DNA of 64,000 bases from Ascidiella aspersa (Eukaryota): contig OZ004613.1 of NCBI GenBank assembly GCA_963924565.1, forward strand, positions 10,416,001 to 10,480,000, read 5' to 3'. Below the pieces are notes generated by a model. The model was not told the DNA's origin. It did no database searches and worked only from the letters and a program-made list of their open reading frames with translations. Positions within the stretch are counted from its first letter, which is position 1; every line of letters begins with the position of its first letter. Positions 47,754-59,700 of this stretch are shown here, piece by piece. The position numbers and the translations under genes were made by a program.

Positions 47754-50700
47754 GTAAGTACAACTATAAGAAAGATATTTGTTATGTTAAAGTCGTCGCC
47801 AAACCTCCGTAATATATTTTAGATATAACAGAAGATAAATGGCACAATAAAGTTTATGCTAGTATTAATATAAATATTTAAAAATGTCCCATAACGCCCC
47901 CTTGTAACTCGCCAACCCCCACAAGGGGGCGATACCGCTCACGTTGAGAACCTCTGTTCTAGGTTTTTATTTCGTAAGTGCTCAGACATTCGCACCGAAC
48001 AAACTTTCCCTTAAACGCAGCTCAAAACGCCTGTCCGACGTCTGGACCCTTCTTGCAGCCCTATTGCTTTAAGCATGAGGCAGGCGTCAGCACGCGAGAA
48101 CAAGCCAGAACGGCGTGCGAGGCGGTCGGTGCAAGTTTGCCGAGCGTTCGAAGTACCGAGATGCTGGCAGCGTTATCCTCCTTTGCCAGAAGCCTGTCGG
48201 TTTACTCGCAACAGACCACGCGTGATCTTTGGCTGGGCCTGATTCAACGCGCCCCCGGCAACACCTTCTACTGGGAAAATGGAGACAGGTTTGCGTTTTT
48301 CGGCGACATACCTGACCTTAATCTCCAGGTGAGGGATGAACGACGCGTGGTATTTTTCTCTCGATTCCGACTTGCTATTTTTGGCAGTAATTATCAATTC
48401 GATAATAATGGCATCGCTCTGGTTAACTCAATGAAATTGATCAGTTAAAAATGCTCAAAAACAAACTGCAAGGATTTTGGCCAATAAAATGATCACCGCT
48501 CAATCCATCCAGGGTATTCATGCAAATTGCCTTAAACTAAAACAAGCTTTTGGCAACGGCTGAATGGCTGTACCGAACTTACGTAAAAAGTTCGCACCAG
48601 CGCAAAAAGCTTGCAATGCATTCTTATCTGGCGCAAAAAGCAAACATGCGTATATAAAGTTGGAAAGGACATGTAGAAAAGATGAACATACCTTGCCCAC
48701 CTTCGTACCGCACCATGGATCCACCCTGGCAAGTGCCGATACTATCACATGGCATCGGATTTTGGCTCTGATTTTACAATATCGGGCATCTATATTTCAG
48801 GTTACAGTGGGCAGATGTGTCTATTTAAGCCCTACCACAAACCGGCTTACGACCGACGTGTGCTCCGCCCAAAAAGCACATGTTTGCGTTGTGGCCAATC
48901 CCAACGTACTGCCCCTGATTGTCAGCATCAGCGACCCGACTTACCAGACTATTTTCGGCGGGAGTTACGAACCGGTGGACGGCTTCGTCTACAATGGCGC
49001 CACAGTTTACGAGTACCAGAAGGCCAGCGGCATTTACCTGTACAAGACCAACGTTGTGTCAGGTTCACTCCAAGGTACTGTTTCCGATTGTTTTGCAAGG
49101 CTATTGCGTTACATTATACAAAAGTTTACATTGTATAAAAGTATTCCTTATTTGCTGCTTCTAGCTGCACTAAAACAACGTAGGATTTAACATTATCAGA
49201 GAGTAACTTTGTTGGAGCAGCATTTTTAAATAAGCGCTATGAAGATAGGTCGTGTTACCTTATTTTATACCATACTCCAAGCAAATTCTTGAGGCAATAA
49301 AGAACTTTTAGTTTACTTTCTTTTGATCTATATTTATTTTCCGTCTATACTATAGGATTGCGCAGTCGTATACGATTCGAGGGAGTAGGTTTATTTTGCT
49401 CGGGACAAGTAATACTTAAAAACTAGTTTGACTTGCGCTTGCACAGAAGCAACGTCGGACCGATAAGGTCGCACACTGTAAATCGTAAAAGCGGAATAGT
49501 TGTGGGTGGAATATTTCCACGCTTGTTTTGTGGGTGGATACGTTATATAGTTATGACACCCTACTTTGTCGATTGCTGAATATCCACCCGTTTAAGTTAC
49601 CTACATAATGCGATATCTTCGGTTTATTTTTGCTAAAGTCCTGTTTGGGACGCGACTTTATTTTATCGGGCTGAGCCGGACTCTTGAGACGGATTTCAGC
49701 TGTTCTAAACCAAATCCGAAACCCTGGACTATGTGGGTTTCATTTTGTGACCAAGTTTATACAATCTGCCTTCCCATAGTTAATACTTTTTGTTCGTTTG
49801 GACCTGCCGAAATGCGCATGTTCACTAACCAATTTTAAACAGGCCCAGGCTTCGTTATCGGCGGAAACCCACAAGTGCAGTCCAATAGCTACTGGTTCGG
49901 GGTCATTTCGAATGCCGTCTATCCACAAGACATTAGCGAGACGTGGGTCGCTTCTTCTCAACTAAATCAGCAGCAGCAGCAGCAGAACCTGCGTATTACC
50001 ATCAATGCAGTAGGTTAGAAAAAGTAATTTCATGCAAAAGTTTAAAATGCGCAGGCCTATAGGGCGATTCAAATCCATGATCAAGTTAAAAAAATTGTAT
50101 TTCAATCTCTTGGTTGTTTGTTTGTTATTAACACGTTTACAAACGAATCACGTTTAAATCGTTCAGCACACATAGGCAATGGTTTGTTAAGGTTGAACCA
50201 CATTCAAATTTTATAGACAATATTATTAATGTTGTTAATTCTCCGCATTTTGCGAAGATAGAGTAATATAAAGTTATAGCAAAATATCTCATCAGCGTCC
50301 ACCAGTGTCGTATGTAAGTTATTAAACAATAAGCTATTAAAATTGGTAAAAATCGTTAAACAATAAACTATTAAAATTGGTAAACTTGTTTGAAAATAAT
50401 GAGCAATAACCAAACTCGAAAAGAACAAAAAATCAACATATATTAAGCAAATAGTTTTATGTGCAACAATTGGGATAAATTGCTCAATTCTATAAATAAA
50501 ATGCTGAATGATAACACTTTATTTCCACCCAAGTCTTATTTTCAAAAGACTTAAGTCAAGACAAGACATTCGCTTAAAAGATTTAAGTAAAGTCAAGATA
50601 TTTTCCACCAAAGACTTAAGTAGCGTCAAGTCATTTGAAAATAATGACTTGAGGGTACTTAAGTTAAGTCTTTGGCTTATATCATTACAACGCCGGCGTC

Positions 50701-53700
50701 CACATTAGGTCCGCACAGTCAGCAGTTGAGCGCCAAAAAGCGGTTAATTCACACTTCAATAATGATATCAATCACTTTTCCAACCCAGGCGGCGGTGCAA
50801 ATGTTGGTAACTGGGGATCTTGGTCATCCCTGGGCCAATGCTCGGCCACCTGTGGTCTTCAAGCAAGCCGAACCCACTATAGAAGCTGCTACATTCCCGT
50901 CGGCAGCTCAACTAAGTGCGTCGGCCAACCGTTTAAGACCGAGTCCTGCAATCTGCCCGCTTGCAATACAGGTAACTAAGGATATCACGTTTGAACAGTT
51001 TTCGAGTCTTTAAATGAATTCGAAGTGTGCGCTTGTTGTAAATAAGTTAAATCCAGGCACACATCATCTTAACATCGTGACTTAAGGTAACACACGCCAC
51101 ATTTTAACTTAACATTAGTGGAATTATTGCTAATATTTTAAAACGTTGTCATATCTATAAAAAAACAACTCACAGAATGGAACTAATATCTATTTTTGCA
51201 ATGTTTTAGGTATAGTAGTTTTTAAAACAACAAGATTTGTTATATGTTTGTTAAAAAGCAAACATACAGGGTTAGAGTTTTACTTTAAACTATACCCAAT
51301 TTGAAATCAAAATAAACAGTAAGCTAATATTGGGTTGCGATTGACAAAGGCTTGAACAATATTGACCAGCCTTCGTAGCGGTTATTTTAACTAAAATAGA
51401 AGCAGAAATGGACAATCCGTTTTTGAGGCCTTATGCGAAGTTTATCGCCCATATAGCCTGTTGAGATCTAGCTTTTCTTATTTTTGCACTACACAATTAA
51501 CGCTAAAGTTGCGTCAGTCAAATTGGAAATTCGCGCACAGACAAGTAGCTGGTCGTCATTATAGTTAGCCTACGACAATGTTGAGTGTGATGCTGTCATA
51601 TCTCATTTCGCCCCGTTGTTTTGTAGAATAGTTTTATTATGGTTTGCTCAGTATGTAGAAGAGCTGCGAAGTGAGTCGGATATGGGACTCGAAGGAGTCG
51701 GTTTGTACTGCTGGAGTCGGACTCGGGACTCGAGTTCCTAGTCCGGCGTGAGCATGCGCAGTACTAAATGTTAAAACTGAAATGCTGTCAACTGTAAATG
51801 CGGAATATCATATGGTGGGTATTTTCCAAGACCCGGGAGTCGGGATTATTTTCAAGGGTCTCAGCAGCCCTGCTATGTAGCTCTACCGTTAGAACTCTGC
51901 AAATTGTTTTCACTATTGTAGGCTTAACAAGCCAATACTTGTGTTGTCCTAGCAAAGTCAGTAAACAATGAAAACTTTAATCGGTTTTCTCCTTTTTTGC
52001 AGTCCTTGTTACATCCTGGAGCAACTGGTATTCCTGGGGAAGTTGCTCGTCTTCGTGTGGAGGATCAAGCTTCCGAAACAGGGTCTGCCTTGCCGTAGGA
52101 GGTGATTCCTCTTGCATCGGTCCTTCTTCTGAGAGCCGAACGTGCCCTAATAACTGTCAAAACGTCGCACAACCACGAGGTAACCGTTTTTTAATTTTCC
52201 GTCGCTCTGTGTTTTATTATATGCTTTCTGTATATGGTTCAATAAACGATGGAGACCATATTTTTGTTCTAATCTGTTATTTATCACATTTGTAACAGAT
52301 TAGAGGGCAGGTTTTAAACCGATTGTAACCTTACCGACTGGCGAGTTTTTAGCACATATCGATACATATATACATAGCATTATAACATGTACCTTTAACA
52401 ATTAGGGTAAACTAACCTACGTCCATTATTACCCCACTAACCTACGACCATATTGAAAATGAATAAAGGGATATTCGAAAGGTTCGCAATGTTATACATA
52501 CTTTTGTGTGGGTTTTGGTATTGAAGCCGCGTAGTTTAATTACAAGTCTCATTAAACTAATTTGCCTCGACCAATCAACCTCACTATTGCTTCAATAAGT
52601 ATTGTTGTAGTCTGATTACAAATCCACGCAGTTTTTTTGTTGGCTGGTGTTGAGCTGACCAGCCAGAAGCCGGCAAGCAACACAACCGCTTACTGTATTA
52701 ACTAGAGAAGACTGGATATATTGATATAAGCTTTCGCATATATAAGTTGAAAGTTTGCATAAAAGAGGAAAGGCGACTCCAAAAAGCGAAAAGGATTTAT
52801 AATCCGGAGCCTTTTTGGCAGCCGGGAACTTTAACAATAACGCGTTCACACAGGTGAAATACTTTTATCTATTACGGAAATATGTGTCACGATATAACAT
52901 TATTCATGTGTGAAACAGCCGAATGCTTTGTTCTCAGAATGACAGCGAGTGTTGGTAAAAGGCGTGAAAAAGTGACAAATCATAAATCGTAACATATTTG
53001 ATAAATACACAATACAATAAATTCCAAATTATCCACTAATTATTACTTATGACGCTACAGTATCATTACTATGTCGAACTACAGTCTCCCACCTTTATGC
53101 TCCATAACCTATCCTATATTTCAGGTATTTGCAGCGCAGCCACATTCCTGAACCAGTACACAACCTTCACCCCGAACGCGGCAACTTTCTTTTCGGGCCA
53201 GCAGATCCGAATCACCTGCACCAGCAACAGTCGAATTCCAAATGGAATAAGCGGTGTTTCGACTTGCCTGACTGACGGCAGCTGGTCGCCTACGAACCCC
53301 TGTCTTCAGCTGAGTGAGTAATCTTCAATGTTTTTTGCAGTGTTATAAACAAGTCATTTTTAAATAACTTAAGCCTAAAAAATGACAAGTCCAAGTCATT
53401 AGTTATGTAAGTCAAGTCCCAGTCAAATCAAGGGATTATTAGAGCAAGTCATCGCCTAGTCAATCTACTGACATCGAAATAAAACGATAAACCTTAAGTA
53501 TATGGCTAAACATTTTCGATTTAAAAATTTGGGGTCTAACTGTTGACAGGCACTTTAGGAAATCGAAACACAACTAAAACCAGCACAACCTCTTTCTGAC
53601 CTAACCTGACGTGCATTACAATCCTTATTAGGCCAACTAATTTCGATAACAATATTTTCAAAGGCACCCCGTTTATGCAACAATCTATTCACCTTTCTTT

Positions 53701-56700
53701 GCAGTTAAACTTATTCGTTAAATAGAGTGGGTGTGTCGTGACGTGTCTTACTAATTATAATATTATAAACAGATATAATATTATAAACATATAATATGAT
53801 ATTCCGTCCCTTGCTACGCAGTATTAGCTCGTGCTCTATATTTCTCTCTCTCCTCCCTCTCTCTCTTCTTACTCCCACTCTTTCGCATGTGCTCTCGCTA
53901 TACTTGTCCCAGTCGAACATAGGCTTGCCACAAGGTAAAGTTCTTTTGAGTACTTATAATGGGACTGATAAATCAAGTAGTCTAGGCACCAGCTATAAGG
54001 AGTCATAGGGCCCTAACAACAGTCCCAATAAACATTAAGACATCCCCGAACCGCTACAGGTGCACCGTGATTTGCGTTTCGCAAACCCGTTCTTATACTT
54101 CAACGCAGACGCAAGAGACGAAAGCGTCCAGCAGTCTCCGTGCCCTCGCGGCTACAAAACGGCACTCGGCTACCGGCGCGATTTCTGCTTCCGTGCTTTC
54201 CCCTGCATGCGCACGTACCGCGAGGCGTCGCGTACCTGCTCCCGCGAAGGAGCCACGCTGCCCATAATCGGCGACCGCACCACGCACAACGAGATGAGCC
54301 GCATTACCGGCGACCTTCCCTTCGATCGCATGTGGCTCGGCTTCAGGGACAAGGAGTGGGACAACGGGGCACGTTGGCGCCCCTATGACTTCTCCCTGTT
54401 CCCAGATTCGGGAAATACCACCAAAATCGACGGTTGCTTTTTGATCGAGGCGCCGGGTCGCCGCGATGAGTACGGCGAGTGGGAGGATATTTCCTGCACC
54501 CGACCCAACGCGTTCATATGCGTGCGCCGAATTGGCAACCGCCGAATTGGCAACCGCCAAGGGTACGCCTACCTGCCCACCAGTCGTGATCAGTACTGGT
54601 GAGTAGTTGTAACCAGGTGTGCGGAGTCGGTTAAAAATACCCCGAGTCCGACTCACTAGTCAGACTCCAGCTAAATGTAAGATTTCGTCGAGTCCCGACT
54701 ATGGCTCCGACTCTACAGCTTGTATTTTACCTATTTACGTAACTAAATTAAGGTTCATATTCTGCAATCAACTTATATAGGTGTCATAATTGATCCACCC
54801 GCAATACAACAATATTTCATCATTTGCTATTACACCTTTACACCTTACATTTTGCCGCCTTAACGGTTTCACAATTACTGCGCATGTGCACGTCGGACTA
54901 GGGACTCGGGTAGTTTTACGCGGTCTTACTCGAGTCCCAAATCGCGAGTCCGACTCCTGTTTTACAGTCCTGGTTGTACGGTACCAAATGTTTATAATTA
55001 TGTGGAATTTAATACGAACTTATAAAAATTAAAACCGCTACTTTCAAGGTTAACGCGAGAATCTCAAATTATTGAGCTCCAAGCACAAAAATCGGTCCCT
55101 TTATATATTTATTAACAGATCTTGCGATCGTTTAATGTTAGCTTTTTATTGGATATATGCATGATTTGCTACATTCTATAAATTTATATATTTAAAAAAA
55201 TCGTAGAAAAATATTGCAAAGCGCAATTCTATTTTCTGAGCATTGTTTTAGGTTACTGCTTCTCGCAGCGCTTAGTTCACTATATAGTCTAGTGACTTCA
55301 CTTAAGTGCACTAAAGTAACTCTTCGAAAACATCTTGACTAGAGCATAATGGTTGGAGAATGTAGTAAGACGTAATAAGAATATCAAAGCCCATACAGAA
55401 GTAGGTATCATCTTTAAATAAAGACTTATGCGAAACGTGCAAGATGATACCTACTTCTGTATGGGCTTTGATATTCTTATTACATCTTGACTAGACTTTA
55501 ATAGTTTGTGTAAACTCATCTCACGTAAGACGTTTTTGGATAACCTGACGTGGTGTGAAATTTTTAGGCAAATAATTAACTTGTGGTAAAATGTAGTGTC
55601 TACCTCAATTTATTTTTGCTGGATTTATTGTTTGTGCGCGTAAACAGTTACTTACAAATTGTTTGGTTTTTACGGGTTGCGATGTGATAGATTAGGAATT
55701 AAAGTGTAAACATAAATTGTTCGGTTTCCCTTAATCACGAGTTGTTACTAACAATTAATGTCAAAAAACGTTGGATCAATATTGAAAGACAACTCGTAAA
55801 ACAAAAGTCACCTCGAAATTAAAAAAACTCCGAGCAAAACATGATTGGAGTTGTACATTTTTCCTAATTCATTTTGCAGATTCTGAAAACGAATGCGTTT
55901 AATTTGAAATATAAAATAATATTTCACCTGTTTTTTACTGGTAGAAAATTGGCATAGCATCAAAAAAAAAAAATAAAATCATTTCCTTTCAACATGTACA
56001 ACAATCAGAAAAAAAAAAAAAAAAACACGACGACGAGTAACAAAAAATTTAAATTCAGAAAAACTTTTTGTTTAATAGAATTGTATTTTATTCATATAAG
56101 GACACAACAAAACGAGTGCAAAAGAAAAAAAGAGGCAAAATAAAATAGATTTCAGAAAGCGACGATTTAGCAGGGAGCCGTTAAAATACAGATGGGGATT
56201 CGGGCATACTTGTACTTATGGCTTCAAAAGAGCCTTGTCCACTTGCAGAAATTCAGAACTATGAAAAACGTTTCAGGTATTCCGACGACAATCGCGACAT
56301 CTACCAGCAGCCGGGCAGTGTGCTTTCGGCGGGATTTGCAAAGCCCTGTTTCCGCCCAAGCCTGCCCAGCTACCTTAAGCCTTCTCCACTGAAGGCGCAG
56401 TACGCGGAGGGCGAACGCGTGCTTCTCACCTGTAGCGCGAGAGGGAGCATCGTCTCCGGCAAAGTGTCGATCCAGTGCCAGAACGGAGTCTGGAGCAGCG
56501 CCCAAGCCACTTGTAAGTCGCTATAGTGGTCTGCCCTGTTCAACTTAAAAAACAGCCCAGCTTAACACAGTCGAAGTTAAAAATTAGCCAAACTCCGGAA
56601 TTTGCGTTTTGAAAAAATAAAACATTTAAAATTGTGGCGGGATGTTGAAGCAAAATCATTAAGCAAATCAGGTTTTGGAAAATCTTTCCCTACAGGGTTC

Positions 56701-59700
56701 CTGATACTTGACATTGTGTTTTTTGAATAACGTACATTTTGCTCGAAAAGTATCGCGATCCGATACCCAATGACGTCATAATATAATCAAACAAAAAATA
56801 GATGAAACATTAAAATGTAATTTTTTCAGGGTTATTAGATCAAAACTTGCTTTAGCGTAAAAAGTTTAGTTCCTTCCAGTTATTAACCTACTATTTATTG
56901 ATAAATCTATTTTTCACGGAAAAAAATCGCTTCTATAGATCGCAAATATTAGCTGAAATTCCTTATTATTTGGGACCGAATCAACACTGATACGACCCTA
57001 GTATCGGACGATACCGGTAGTACCACTTAACTTTGGGTATCGGCTCCGATCCGATATTATCGTACATCCCTATCTTAACGAAACATATGTACCTTTGCGT
57101 GTATTTCTCCAGCTCTCATTGTTGAAATAATATATCAATCAGCAAATAAGAACAAGTTGATAATATAGAATATGAAGTACCGAATTTAGAACCTGTCATA
57201 CAGCCTGTTTGAACTGATGAAGAATGAATTTTTTTAGTCCATCTGAAAAAATTATTGTCATTTTGAAGACATTTTTTTTATTAATTCTTTAAACAAGCTC
57301 ACGTTAAATTCTTGACAAAGTTGAACTTCTTAACAGTGGGCCGAAACATAACTTTTCAACCTTCTGAACAAAGACATATAGGTTTGTTGGAGCCAATTAT
57401 TTTAACAACACTGTTAAAAGAAATATAAATCTTACAGCTTTTGTGAACTCAAACGAAGTCACGCAAGGCCATGCCAGGGAGAACTCTAAAAGCCAGGTTC
57501 TCAGGTCGAAAGACGGAGAAAGAGCAGCCGTCCGCTTTTGACTTGAAAATTAGGGTCTAATTCAGGATATTTATCTCTCCCAGTCACGAAGCCATTTCCT
57601 TTGCGTAGACACTGGCATTTTGTGCAGCAGCGTCTTGTTTCGGAAAAAAAGAAACTGACAATCAACCTTGAAACATAATACGGATACGGGTGTATCAGCC
57701 AGACTTACTCAATAAGATTATTATTCGTGTTTTATTTGAGCAGTGGGGACGAAATATCCAAAGATCAAGAGCCGCTTTTCGTACTGTATATTAACCGCAA
57801 AGAGTCACACCCTACGAACTGGATGAAATGAAAACCACCCTGTTTGTTTTTCACAAATTTACATCCCTTTGCTGAGCTAGATTTTTTTGTAAATGTTGCA
57901 CACTATTAGCAAAATTGAGTATATAGAAAGATATCAAGCTTTTGGTTTGTTTGCAAAATAATTAATTACCTTTCAAATTGGAAAACGCTTAGTTATATCA
58001 CATCCACATGCCGTTACTGAAGTGCACAAACTAATTTAATATGGGATCGGTACCGACAAAAACTTATAGTAGAACAAGCGCCAAAACTACTATTTGACAT
58101 CGGGCATCAGACCCCATCGGATGTTATCGGACAAACGTACAGCAAACGTGCATTTTTTCACCAGGAACTTTTTTTGTGTTTGACAGGCAATCCGATGTTT
58201 TCTCAATCGACTTGCCCCGTCGGGTCCAAAGTAGTCGGGGCGTTTTGCTACAAAGCCTACTCTGCTTGCGTCACCACCTTCTTGGAAGCGGCCCAGCACT
58301 GTGCTGACATGGGTAAGCCTAATGCATGGTCTGGGGCTTAATGAAAACGCCCCAGCAGAAATAATAAACCTTATTAAAGTATTACATTGAGGTTACAATA
58401 ACTTTGTTTGGCCAACAATGTTAGCGTAAATAAATCAATTAAAAAACTTAGCTAAAGTGACATGCGTGCAAGATCGTCACTTTTGTAAGACTAAAAAAAG
58501 TAAATTGTTGTGTAAAGAATAAAGCACAGCCTAAAAAACTGCGATATTATAACATCGCGGGGCATTTTGTGCAAACAAATACCAACAAGTGAAACCTCTC
58601 TTTATATTGGTACCTGGGACGCAAAGTTCATATCTGATCATACATAGATACTCATGATAAAATTGAGGATAGTTGTTATGATATGCAAGGAACGCCATTT
58701 CATTATCAAACTCAACAGTTTAAAAAAATCAAAGGTTTTGCTAGTTTGTCAGTCATAACAAATATAAATAAAGTTATAAGGGCGTGAAGTTATAAAAGAC
58801 ACAAAAAATAACATCGAGAAACACTTCTTTTGCAAGGAATGACATTGCCAATCGTTGACGACCCAAATTCGGCCAGGTCGCTCTTCAGGAGAGTTCGAGC
58901 CAAATCGAGTGAAGCTTCCAACGTGGACCAGTTCTGGCTCGGCCTGCGTCACGAAGCAAACGGACTCGCTCAGTTTACTACCGGGTTACTCTACAACCAA
59001 ACCTGGCCCTCTACAGGTAGGACGCTGTGCTTGAAATTATTTCGGCTCAAAATATATAAAGTTAGCCTTGGGCTGAGATGTGGTAGTTCATCCGATATGA
59101 ACGGGTGCATCCTAGGTACAATAAACAAATGAGTGTCGCCTCTACAGGTGGGATGCTGTGCTTGAAATATTTTGGCTCGAAAGACATAATTTTAGCTTTC
59201 GCTTGGGATGATATTTAGCAGTTTATTCGATACCGACGGGCCCTTAGTATAATTTAGCACAAAAACAAATGAGTTTTAGTACATTATTTACAGGTGAACA
59301 TGACTTTCAAGAAAATGCATTGTTTTTATTTTCACTGAACACGAGTCAGCAAACAAGCCAACGAATAAACAGCACGTCAACACACATACACACACAAATT
59401 GTGCCACACACATAGGCACACAAACCCACAAAGAACATAAACTAACAAAAACTCAAACACAGATAAAGTGCCCATAAACACAAATAGGCATACGCAAGCA
59501 TAACGCACCAACACAAAAAAGACGTGAACATTAAACATGAATTTTGGAAAAAAAAATATGCATATAGCCATATACGCAATCACAAACACAAAGACGCACA
59601 GTGCACACTGTCACACAGATACGCACGCATGTAAACGTCCACAAACATCATAGACGAGAAAAACTTATACGTCCTGCAGTTCATACGCAAACATAGAGGC

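Noticed and set aside
54599-54602. Stop codon ending gene 3 after CTLD2 (two separate genes)
   Set aside because: The TGA lies in a consensus donor (TG|GTGAGT) whose phase 2 matches the 56277 acceptor, and no second signal peptide was found. A short read-through isoform is not excluded.
54093-54656. 187-aa antisense ORF
   Set aside because: Shadow of the GC-rich CTLD2 exon on the + strand.
59377-59589. Hydrophobic membrane-like ORF
   Set aside because: Translation of a TG-rich low-complexity tract.
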